DNA from: a virus
IMG/VR virus record: IMGVR_UViG_3300029310_000003
Length of the DNA: 64,000 bases
Reading direction: 5' to 3' (one strand)
Shown here: piece after piece, positions 15,707-22,604 of the stretch
Position numbering within the stretch: the stretch's first letter is position 1
Layout: each line of letters begins with the position of its first letter
The notes under the pieces: generated by a model
Told to the model about the DNA's origin: nothing
Seen by the model: the letters and a program-made list of their open reading frames with translations, nothing else
Databases searched by the model: none
Made by a program: the position numbers and the translations under genes

Positions 15707-16025
15707 ATGAAATCATGCGGCATTTGGCAAAGGGCAGTTACGAGCAGCTGTCCCAAGGCCGTTCGATTCGGTCACGCCGCACCATCGTAAAAATCGTGTG
15801 ACTAAGGTTTTCGTAGAACGCCGCGCATTTTCAAGATGCAAATCGTTCAGCTTGCCGGAGAAAGCCAACGCGTGGCAGATCCGGATGAAGTCACTTGAGA
15901 AGCCGAACTGACAAAACCGGCCGCACCGGAATCCGGTGTGAAGCGGAAACGGCAGGATGCCGCAAAGAACTGCCCGTTGGCCAGCGCGCATGGCCTCGCG
16001 TCCGGTACGTCAAGCCGGAAACGAC

Positions 16026-16101
16026 GGGCCGTTATCTCAAAGGCTAGAGCAACTCGCTCATAACGGGTAAAATCTCGGTTCGACTCCGGGACGGCCCACC
16101 A
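16026..16101 (+). tRNA. tRNA with CAU anticodon (elongator Met or Ile2), CCA encoded
   Basis: Acceptor gggccgt/acggccc, anticodon stem actcg/cgggt with loop ctCATaa, T-arm ctcgg-ttcgact-ccggg, then aCCA. Lacks the three G-C pairs of an initiator anticodon stem. Confidence 0.8.
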
Positions 16102-16129
16102 TGAAATTTTCGGGAAAGGAGGAAAAACC

Positions 16130-16402
16130 ATGAACAAGGAAGCACTTGCACAGGCCGTAGCCAATCGCACGAATATGCCGAAGGGCGCAGCGCTGGAATC
16201 CATCGACGCGGTTTTCGAAAGCATCCGTGAAGCGCTGATCTCGCACGAGACGGTGAACATTCCGGGCTTCGGAAAATTCGAAGCGCCGTATAAGGCGTCC
16301 AGAGTCGCAAGAAACCCGGCGACCGGCGGAACCATTTCGGTTCCTGCGCATCACGGCGTGAAATTCGCGCCCGCGAAGGCGCTGAAGGATGCCGTACATT
16401 AA
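16130..16402 (+). CDS. HU/IHF-family DNA-binding protein
   Basis: 90 aa. 'MNKEALAQAVA...ESIREALISHETVNIPGFGKFEAPYKASRVARNPATGGTISVPAHHGVKFAPAKALKDAV' is a canonical HU sequence. AAGGAGGA RBS. Confidence 0.9.
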   Translation: MNKEALAQAVANRTNMPKGAALESIDAVFESIREALISHETVNIPGFGKFEAPYKASRVARNPATGGTISVPAHHGVKFAPAKALKDAVH

Positions 16403-16471
16403 GGAACCTCTGAATAAATCCGGGCGAAAGCCCGGAGTACATAAACGCCAGAAAAATGAAAGGAGCAGCCC

Positions 16472-17017
16472 ATGGAACAGGAAATTCATCGCGGAGACGT
16501 ATTCTGGATCGCGGATGCACAAACGGCGGTCGGCTCCGAGTACACAAAAACCCGGCCGGCCGTGATCGTGTCCAACGAAGCAAATAACCGATACTCCGCA
16601 AATCTGGAGATCGTCTGGCTCACAACGGCCAATAAAAAGCCGCTTCCGACGCACGTCACGCTCTATTCCGCACCGCGCGTATCCGTCGCGCTTTGCGAGT
16701 GCGTCACAACGATCTCCAAGGAGCGTCTCCGGGAATATTATTGCACGCTCACGTCGGAGGAAATGGCGCATATCGACCGTGCCATCCGCATTTCGCTGGG
16801 GCTTCCGGAGCCTGCCGAAAAACCGGAAAAAACCGCATCGTCCGAAAAAACGCCGGATGATCTCCAGCTTTCCAACCTCCGCAGCGACTATCAGCTCCTG
16901 CTGAAAAAGCACGACGCTCTGCTTGCGCAGCAGGCCGTCTATGAGAAGATCTGCATGGCCTTCATTCCAAACTGGACGCCGCAGGCCAAAGCCGCAGAGA
17001 ACGGGAGCCGCGTATGA
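16472..17017 (+). CDS. MazF/PemK-family endoribonuclease toxin with ~65-aa C-terminal extension
   Basis: 'RGDVFWIADAQTAVGSEYTKTRPAVIVSNE...LEIVWLTTANKKPLPTHV...TISKERL' matches the PemK/MazF core. Residues from about 115 to 181 are an extra Pro/Glu-rich plus helical tail. Confidence 0.8.
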   Translation: MEQEIHRGDVFWIADAQTAVGSEYTKTRPAVIVSNEANNRYSANLEIVWLTTANKKPLPTHVTLYSAPRVSVALCECVTTISKERLREYYCTLTSEEMAHIDRAIRISLGLPEPAEKPEKTASSEKTPDDLQLSNLRSDYQLLLKKHDALLAQQAVYEKICMAFIPNWTPQAKAAENGSRV

Positions 17018-18123
17018 TCTACCTCGACCACGCAGCGACCTCTCCCCTTCTGGCCACCGCCCGCCGGGAATTTTACCGGGCCTCGCAATTCAGCTGGGGC
17101 AACCCAAATTCCGTCCATTCCTTCGGGATCGCAGCCGCGCGGGAGCTGGAAAGAGCGCAGAGGATCGTCGCCTATTGCCTTTCATGCAAGCCGGAACAGG
17201 TGATCTTCACCTCCTCCGCCACGGAAAGCTGCCGATTTGCCATGAACGCCATGATGTACGAATGCGGCAGCGTCCATATTTCCAGCTTTGAGCATAAGGC
17301 CGTTTCTGCCGGATGGGAAGACAGTTTCCGCTTTTTCGGGATCAACCGCAGCACCTCCGGCTTCGCACATATCCATACCGGCAACGAAACGGGCGAAATT
17401 TATGACCTCGCAAAAGCATTCGAGCCGTACACCGTCTGTTTTTCGGACTGCACGGCAGCCATGGGAAAAGCGCCCCTCGACTTCCGGCATGGAAAATGGT
17501 CGTACATCGCGGGCGGCGGACATAAATTCGGCGCACCCATCGGCATCGGCGTCCTGATCGCCAGAAAACCGGAGGTGATCCGAGAGCTTTTCCATCCGGC
17601 AACGCCCGCCGTTCCTCTGGCCGCAGCCCTCGCGCAGGCGCTTTTCTTCCGCACGGAGCATATCGCAGAATTTGCGGATACCGCCGGATACTTGCATGAC
17701 CGCCTGATCGATGGTATCATGGAGGAAATTCCAGACGCGCAGCTGAACGGCACGAAATATCGTGGAAACGAAAAAACACAGTCGCCCTATATCACGAGCA
17801 TTTCTTTCCCAAACATCGAAAATCATGCGCTTGTTCTGCGGATGTCCGCCGACGGCCTGATGGCGTCCTCCGGAGCCGCCTGTTCCAGCGGAGAAAACGA
17901 GCCGTCTCCGGTGCTTCTGGAATCCGGCTATCCCGCCGCCCGCGCAAGGAGCGCCGTCCGCTTTTCTCTGGACTATAAGCTCGACCCCTGCGCTTACGAA
18001 TTTTCGCACGATCTTGGCATCGACCGCCGCCGGGACGAAGCCATCATCGACCACGCCGTCAAAATCGTCGCGCAGAACGTCCGGGAGCTGAAAAAATTAT
18101 CTCCCGCGCGGGACAAAGCGTAA
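17014..18123 (+). CDS. class V aminotransferase / cysteine desulfurase (NifS/IscS-like)
   Basis: 'IYLDHAATSP', 'NPNSVHSFG', 'FTSSATES', 'HTGNETG', the PLP-Lys motif 'GGHKFGAPIGIGVL' and the catalytic Cys 'SSGAACSSG'. Its ATG overlaps the MazF stop (ATGA). Confidence 0.8.
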   Translation: MIYLDHAATSPLLATARREFYRASQFSWGNPNSVHSFGIAAARELERAQRIVAYCLSCKPEQVIFTSSATESCRFAMNAMMYECGSVHISSFEHKAVSAGWEDSFRFFGINRSTSGFAHIHTGNETGEIYDLAKAFEPYTVCFSDCTAAMGKAPLDFRHGKWSYIAGGGHKFGAPIGIGVLIARKPEVIRELFHPATPAVPLAAALAQALFFRTEHIAEFADTAGYLHDRLIDGIMEEIPDAQLNGTKYRGNEKTQSPYITSISFPNIENHALVLRMSADGLMASSGAACSSGENEPSPVLLESGYPAARARSAVRFSLDYKLDPCAYEFSHDLGIDRRRDEAIIDHAVKIVAQNVRELKKLSPARDKA

Positions 18124-18137
18124 AATACCCGTAGAAT
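18110..18137 (+). promoter_or_regulatory. cassette promoter-like motif (GGGACA-N16-TAGAAT)
   Basis: GGGACA 18110-18115, TAGAAT 18132-18137. The motif ends 43 nt before ATG 18181. Confidence 0.5.
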
Positions 18138-18180
18138 CCAAACCAAGCCCAACCGGGCAAAAAATAAAAGGAGAACAGAT

Positions 18181-18522
18181 ATGGATATTCAGGATATGGC
18201 CGCCGCAATGGCGCAGAAAAATGAAAACTTCCACGGAACGGTGCAGAACGAGGAAAAGGCGGAGATCTTCCACACCGTCCACGAGCACGCCGCCGCCGTC
18301 GCAAAAGCGCTCCGCACGCCGATGCACACCGAAGGCTTGGAGCTGCACGCGCAGTGCGCGTCCGTCTCCGTCGATTTTCCGCTTCCAACGGGAATTCTGA
18401 ACGAGAACATCCGCCGCAGGATCTCGGAAATGACCAAGCTCTGCGACATGGTGACGTATGCGGACGTGAACTGCCGTCTGCGCATGACCTTCACCGTCGC
18501 AAACGTCTGGAAGGAGGAATGA
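18181..18522 (+). CDS. hypothetical protein (113 aa)
   Basis: AAAGGAGAA RBS; ORF track entry. Confidence 0.55.
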   Translation: MDIQDMAAAMAQKNENFHGTVQNEEKAEIFHTVHEHAAAVAKALRTPMHTEGLELHAQCASVSVDFPLPTGILNENIRRRISEMTKLCDMVTYADVNCRLRMTFTVANVWKEE

Positions 18523-18526
18523 ATAT

Positions 18527-18721
18527 TTGGAAAAGCCAAAGCTCCGCACGAACGTCATAAGCCATGGATACACATTTCTCGTGACGTTTCACGGCCGAAA
18601 AAGCAAGGAGATTCGAGTGGAAGCAGAAAGCATCGACGCGGCAATTTTGAAGCTTCCCGCTGACCGTATGTGCGCCAGACTTCTCCGTGAAGATACATGG
18701 GAGGTCGCAGAAAATGAATAA
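18527..18721 (+). CDS. hypothetical protein (64 aa), TTG start
   Basis: TTG preceded by AAGGAGGA at about 10 nt; co-linear with its neighbours. Confidence 0.4.
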   Translation: MEKPKLRTNVISHGYTFLVTFHGRKSKEIRVEAESIDAAILKLPADRMCARLLREDTWEVAENE

Positions 18722-19004
18722 CGATCAGGAAATGAAGCAATTCGCCGACCGCTTGTGGGAATATTTTCTTCCGAAGGTCGAAGTGCTGACGCGCGCGAAC
18801 GTCTGGTATTTCCGCGCGCAGGTGACAAAGGCCGCAGAAAACGGGCGTATCACCGTCCAACGCCCCTTCGATAAAGAAATCGCCCTTCCCTATGTGACCA
18901 GCATGGCAGCCGCATCCATAGGCTCACAGGTCACGGTTTTCGTCCTCGGCAGCAGCCTCACGAACGCCGTCATCATCGGCGACGGCACGCTTTCCAATTT
19001 ATAA
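18714..19004 (+). CDS. hypothetical protein (96 aa), possibly OB-fold/spike-like
   Basis: ATG overlaps the upstream stop; GGGAGG RBS. 'GRITVQRPFDKEIALPYV...GSQVTVFVLGSSLTNAVIIGDG' is reminiscent of gpV-type small spike domains. This is a weak call. Confidence 0.5.
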   Translation: MNNDQEMKQFADRLWEYFLPKVEVLTRANVWYFRAQVTKAAENGRITVQRPFDKEIALPYVTSMAAASIGSQVTVFVLGSSLTNAVIIGDGTLSNL

Positions 19005-19034
19005 GAAAAAACCGGGAGGCGTAAAACCTCCCGG
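19004..19034 (-). terminator. rho-independent terminator of the convergent minus-strand unit
   Basis: ccgggagg/cctcccgg stem, with a T7 run on the minus strand. Confidence 0.6.
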
Positions 19035-19042
19035 AATCCCAT

Positions 19043-19216
19043 TCAGCTCTGGCTTTCGCACCATGCGTTCCAGATGTTCTCCACAGTCTCGCTTTCATCG
19101 TCCTTCAGGCGCTCCATGCAAAAAAGCATGAAGTCTGCAAATCGTTTTTGATTCTTCACCTGACGGGAAATTTCGAGCAACTCTTCCTGTTCAAACAAAA
19201 TCGTGCTGCAACTCAT
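19043..19216 (-). CDS. hypothetical small protein (57 aa), paralog of 11502..11666
   Basis: Internal ATG (MSCSTILF...) about 11 nt after GGAGG. Conserved KNQ/FC/TVENIWN.W pattern. Confidence 0.5.
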   Translation of the reverse strand: MSCSTILFEQEELLEISRQVKNQKRFADFMLFCMERLKDDESETVENIWNAWCESQS

Positions 19217-19233
19217 GTTTTTCATACCTCCAT

Positions 19234-19995
19234 TCACATCTGCGCATCCGAAATCAAACTGGCGGCTTTCCGGCGGATAATTGCTTCGAACGCCGGTCGA
19301 AGCTTCCGGTCTCGGGAAATGACCTGCAAAATCGAAACCTGTTTGCATTCCGTTTCCGTTGCGCCGTTTTTCCGCATTCGGTTGCGCAGACGTGTCTGGC
19401 GGCATTTTAAGTCAACGCCGGTTTCCGATTCCAACTCAGCGTAGCGGTCGCTGCGGAACTTTCTGTGATTTCCGCCGTACTGCTCCACAAGCGTGTTGAT
19501 CTGGTGATTCATCGCCGAAGTCCAATCGTCCGGGCTGACCGCCGGGGCGGAGAAAATGTCCAGCGTTTTCTGCATGGTCTGTTCCGTGCGTTCTGCGCGG
19601 TTTTCCAGAGCCTTGAGACGGCGTTCCTGCTCCACCATGAGCTGTGCTTGTGCAAGAAGCTGTTCCGCCGGAGACAACTGCGGATTTTTGATTTGCGCTT
19701 CCATACGGTTGAATGCGTCGATGTACTTGAGTTTCCATTCGAGCGCAGACTTTCCAGTGAAGCCCATGACCAGCAGTGAGAAACCATCACGATTCATGAG
19801 GTACGCGCGCTGCGGTCTGCCGTAGCTGTCCGGAATTTCGACCGAGAAAAACATCTGCTCAAAATTGAGCACATCTTTTCTGAGGTCATCAATGTCACGA
19901 AGAACATTCCGATGCTCTTTTTCGAAGTGTTCGGCGATATCCCGGCTGCTTGCGACGGGTTGACCGTTCTGGTTAATGGTGATTAAATCTTTCAT
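19234..19995 (-). CDS. phage regulatory protein Rha-like N-terminus + ORF6C C-terminus (antirepressor)
   Basis: 'VASSRDIAEHFEKEHRNVLRDIDDL...YLMNRDGFSLLVMGFTGKSALEWKLKYIDAFN' fits the Rha pattern. 'LLAQAQLMVEQERRLKALE' is nearly identical to the ORF6C of 10658..11467. Confidence 0.75.
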   Translation of the reverse strand: MKDLITINQNGQPVASSRDIAEHFEKEHRNVLRDIDDLRKDVLNFEQMFFSVEIPDSYGRPQRAYLMNRDGFSLLVMGFTGKSALEWKLKYIDAFNRMEAQIKNPQLSPAEQLLAQAQLMVEQERRLKALENRAERTEQTMQKTLDIFSAPAVSPDDWTSAMNHQINTLVEQYGGNHRKFRSDRYAELESETGVDLKCRQTRLRNRMRKNGATETECKQVSILQVISRDRKLRPAFEAIIRRKAASLISDAQM

Positions 19996-20114
19996 ATCAA
20001 AATCCTTTCTTGACGCGTCCGAAAGAACCTGATAGAATAAATTTATCAAAGTTTCTTTTGGACTTTGGTGGTTAGAGCCGTCCGTGATCTTTGCAGGAGC
20101 AACGGGCGGTTCTT

Positions 20115-20291
20115 TTATTTTTTGACCGTGGCTTTCACCATCTGAATTCCCAAACGAATCACATCGCTCTTTGTCTTACTGAGTTTTTCACAGCAATACT
20201 CCAAATCCGACATTGTATCTCGATCTGCCAAAAATTTCACCTGTGTATCTTTCGGGTTTTCAGATTTCGGTCTGCCTGTACGGGGCGACAT
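20115..20291 (-). CDS. ribbon-helix-helix transcriptional regulator (58 aa)
   Basis: ATG 6 nt after AGGTGA. 'GRPKSENPKDTQVKFLADRDTMSDLEYCCEKLSKTKSDVIRLGIQMV' fits the RHH pattern. Confidence 0.6.
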   Translation of the reverse strand: MSPRTGRPKSENPKDTQVKFLADRDTMSDLEYCCEKLSKTKSDVIRLGIQMVKATVKK

Positions 20292-20321
20292 TTGTATCAC
20301 CTACTTTCTATGTACATGTTT

Positions 20322-20350
20322 ATTATATTTATATGTACCTAAAAAGTCAA
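20322..20350 (-). promoter_or_regulatory. consensus sigma-A promoter (TTGACT-17-TATAAT) flanked by TGTAC(A/C) half-sites
   Basis: Minus-strand TTGACT 20345-20350 and TATAAT 20322-20327. TGTACA at 20311-20316 and TGTACC at 20333-20338 flank the -10. Confidence 0.6.
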
Positions 20351-20469
20351 CCCCATTTCAGAAAAAATTTTCAAATCAGCGGGACAAATCAAAAACCGGC
20401 GCTTTCGCACCGGCTTTCCATTCCCATTTCTATTGACATTTTCAAATAACCTGTTAATATAATAGACAA

Positions 20470-20557
20470 GGGCGCTGCCGCAGGCAGTCAGCCGAAGTGA
20501 ATCATCTCAAAAAAAGAAATGACCGTACCGGGCTGGGTAAGCGGTCATTTCTTTTTG
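20470..20557 (+). ncRNA. candidate antisense (antitoxin) sRNA of TA-like module 2
   Basis: TTGACA 20433-20438 and TATAAT 20458-20463 on the plus strand. Conserved 5' gggcgctgccgcaggcagtcagcc. Ends at hairpin 20518-20550 plus a T-run. Confidence 0.4.
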
Positions 20558-20631
20558 CAAATCTGAACGATCAGACCAGCAAAGCCGATGAGTACGAGCG
20601 AAAAGGTAAAAACCTCATTCCATGTAACCAT
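20545..20631 (-). CDS. 28-aa holin-like toxin peptide (type I toxin-like), copy 2
   Basis: MVTWNEVFTFSLVLIGFAGLIVQICKKK. Has the same SD-sequestering hairpin and a 5' UTR about 90% identical to copy 1, although the coding sequence is diverged. Confidence 0.7.
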   Translation of the reverse strand: MVTWNEVFTFSLVLIGFAGLIVQICKKK

Positions 20632-20708
20632 CCGCATCACCTCCTTTTCAGGAAGTGCCGACCGCCTGCCACCTCCGTGGCAGCGCCCCGCCCCATTGGG
20701 GCTTTTTC

Positions 20709-20737
20709 ATTCTAGCATCCATGTCAAAACGTGTCAA
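20709..20737 (-). promoter_or_regulatory. sigma-A-type promoter of toxin mRNA 2
   Basis: Minus-strand TTGACA 20732-20737, 17-nt spacer, TAGAAT 20709-20714. Confidence 0.55.
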
Positions 20738-20740
20738 TAT

Positions 20741-20771
20741 AAGAAAAAACCGGAGGACTTCCGTCCTCCGG
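20741..20771 (-). terminator. terminator of the lysis/late operon
   Basis: ccggaggac/gtcctccgg stem, with T-runs on both strands. Confidence 0.7.
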
Positions 20772-20783
20772 CTCTTTTTATCC

Positions 20784-22286
20784 CTACGTCCTTTTCACAT
20801 ACTGCTTGGAAACGTAGCCTTCCTTACCGCCTGCCGTCCGTACATAATACCAGTTCTCTGTCTGATATCCGTACCATGTGACGACCTCGCCGAATTTCAG
20901 CACCGTTTTGACCGCCGTCGAGATCCCGGCTCCCGCCCGGAGATTCAGCGCGCTTGCCGTTACCTTCAGCCGCACACCCTTCGCGGCGGACTTGTCCGTC
21001 TCCGCCCAGCTTTCGGTTTTCGCAGGCTTCGAGGGCTTGACCGGCCCTACGGACCTGCTGAGATAGTTCCCGCTTCCGCCCTTGAGCCAAATTCCGACGA
21101 ACCCGCGAAGCTTGTTCGCTCTGGCCCATGCCTTGGAGGGGATGGCGTATCCGCTGGAGCTTCCGCCGTCGAGATTGATGGCGAAATCGTAGCCCTCGGA
21201 AACGAACTTGTTCGCCACGACCTCCAGATTCACGGGATTCTGCGTCACGAGGATTCCGAGTACATCGCCCTTGAGGCCCATCGCCGTGCGGTAGCGGTTT
21301 CCCTCAAGCCCCTTGGGAACCGTGAAGGACTTTTCACCGCCGAGAACGAGCGCGGGGTAGCCCCCGACCGCATCGGGCGAGGAAACGGCGCTGTAGCCCT
21401 CCTGAATGGGCGTCCGGTAATTCGAGAAGCCGATAAACGGCTGCCACCCGCGATATTCCATCTCTCCATGATGCACCACGCCGGAAGCCGGCGTGTAATT
21501 GGAATAATTGAAAAGCTCCGCGTTTATGACGATATCCGGCGCACGCCCGTTCCATTTTGCGCGAACGGCCGCGCTTGTGAGATATTCGCCTCTTGCGCCA
21601 TCCATGCGGATGTGTTCCATCCGTTCGATGCAGGAAAACGGGACTTCGGCAAAAATTCCTCCCTGGAAGGAGCCGTACCGAACGCTTTTCAGCTCCGTCC
21701 GCTCCGGGATACCGGAAATTTTGGAGACTACGTCCCACTTGGGCCGTCCGATCCCGCCGATGGCCGCAGAATTCCGATAGTACCACTTCTTGAAAACGCC
21801 GCCTCCGTTCGGGATCACCGTGTTTTCTCCGGAGCCGGTGTTTCCTTCGATGGTGTAAATTTTCGCGCTGTCCACCTTATAGACAATTCCCGTGTGCGTC
21901 ATGTTTCCGGGAGAACCGAAGAAGATCTGATCTCCCTCCTGAACCTTGGAGACCGGAACGCTCTGGCCTGCATCCCGGAAATAATTGTAGGACATCGTGC
22001 ATCCGGCTCCGTAGAGGCCCTTCGGCTGGCACGTCATCTCCATTCCGGCGGAAAACCCGAACGCCGTGATAAAGCACCAGTCCACGAACATATCGCACCA
22101 TGCGTAGCCCTGCTTGGAGGCATTGTAGGTCCCCCATTTTGCATGATCCCGCGCATATTTCGTGTAATTGTTCCGTCCGGCGTTGGCCGTTTTGTCGTCG
22201 AGCTGGGCGTTCGTAGCCTTTTCGAGATAACCGACCTCGTTTTCGGCCACGGAAAGCAGCTTTCTGATTGCCTCGGAGACCGTCAT
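20784..22286 (-). CDS. endolysin: CHAP + phosphodiester-glycosidase (NAGPA/DUF2233-like) + SH3b
   Basis: CHAP Cys/His context ('GYAWCDMFVDW', 'HTGIVY'); middle 'INAELFN...AINLDGGSSSGY'; C-terminal 'LNLRAGAGISTAV...WYYVRTAGGKEGYVSKQYV' SH3-like. Confidence 0.85.
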   Translation of the reverse strand: MTVSEAIRKLLSVAENEVGYLEKATNAQLDDKTANAGRNNYTKYARDHAKWGTYNASKQGYAWCDMFVDWCFITAFGFSAGMEMTCQPKGLYGAGCTMSYNYFRDAGQSVPVSKVQEGDQIFFGSPGNMTHTGIVYKVDSAKIYTIEGNTGSGENTVIPNGGGVFKKWYYRNSAAIGGIGRPKWDVVSKISGIPERTELKSVRYGSFQGGIFAEVPFSCIERMEHIRMDGARGEYLTSAAVRAKWNGRAPDIVINAELFNYSNYTPASGVVHHGEMEYRGWQPFIGFSNYRTPIQEGYSAVSSPDAVGGYPALVLGGEKSFTVPKGLEGNRYRTAMGLKGDVLGILVTQNPVNLEVVANKFVSEGYDFAINLDGGSSSGYAIPSKAWARANKLRGFVGIWLKGGSGNYLSRSVGPVKPSKPAKTESWAETDKSAAKGVRLKVTASALNLRAGAGISTAVKTVLKFGEVVTWYGYQTENWYYVRTAGGKEGYVSKQYVKRT

Positions 22287-22591
22287 CCTTCCCCACCTCC
22301 GTAAAGCTCGTGGTGGAGCGTCAGCACCGCAGACTCGATCATTTTGTCCACGGTCGCATCGTCAAACCGAATGCCCTTCGAGGCCAGATATTGCAGAACA
22401 TACGCCTTTTTCTCCTGACCCTGATCGGATCTATAGAGCTGCTCTGCCGCCCGAACGGCGATCTCCACCACCGACTGCCACTTTTTCAGCTTTTCCGAAC
22501 CGATCTTCTCCTTCAGCCACGGAACGAGAAACGCCGAGACCAGCGCCGAAATCAGCGCAAGGAACGTTGTAATGATCTTTGTGTAATCCAT
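22283..22591 (-). CDS. holin, LL-H family-like
   Basis: N-terminal TM 'IITTFLALISALVSAFLVPWL' followed by a helical 'AVRAAEQLY...GQEKKAYVLQYL' tail. Directly upstream of the endolysin with a 4-nt overlap. Confidence 0.7.
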   Translation of the reverse strand: MDYTKIITTFLALISALVSAFLVPWLKEKIGSEKLKKWQSVVEIAVRAAEQLYRSDQGQEKKAYVLQYLASKGIRFDDATVDKMIESAVLTLHHELYGGGEG

Positions 22592-22604
22592 GATATTTCT
22601 CCCT

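Noticed and set aside
2673-18137. Interpretation of the GGGACA-N16-YAGAAY motif as a host sigma-H promoter (RNAGGAWWW-N11-12-RNNGAAT).
   Set aside because: Aligning GGGA to AGGA gives a spacer about 2 nt too long, and most -10 boxes are AGAAC rather than GAAT. The sigma identity is left open.
20381-20408. Eleventh copy of the cassette promoter motif.
   Set aside because: GGGACA is present, but the box 16 nt downstream is TTTCGC, and no plus-strand gene follows. It was not counted.
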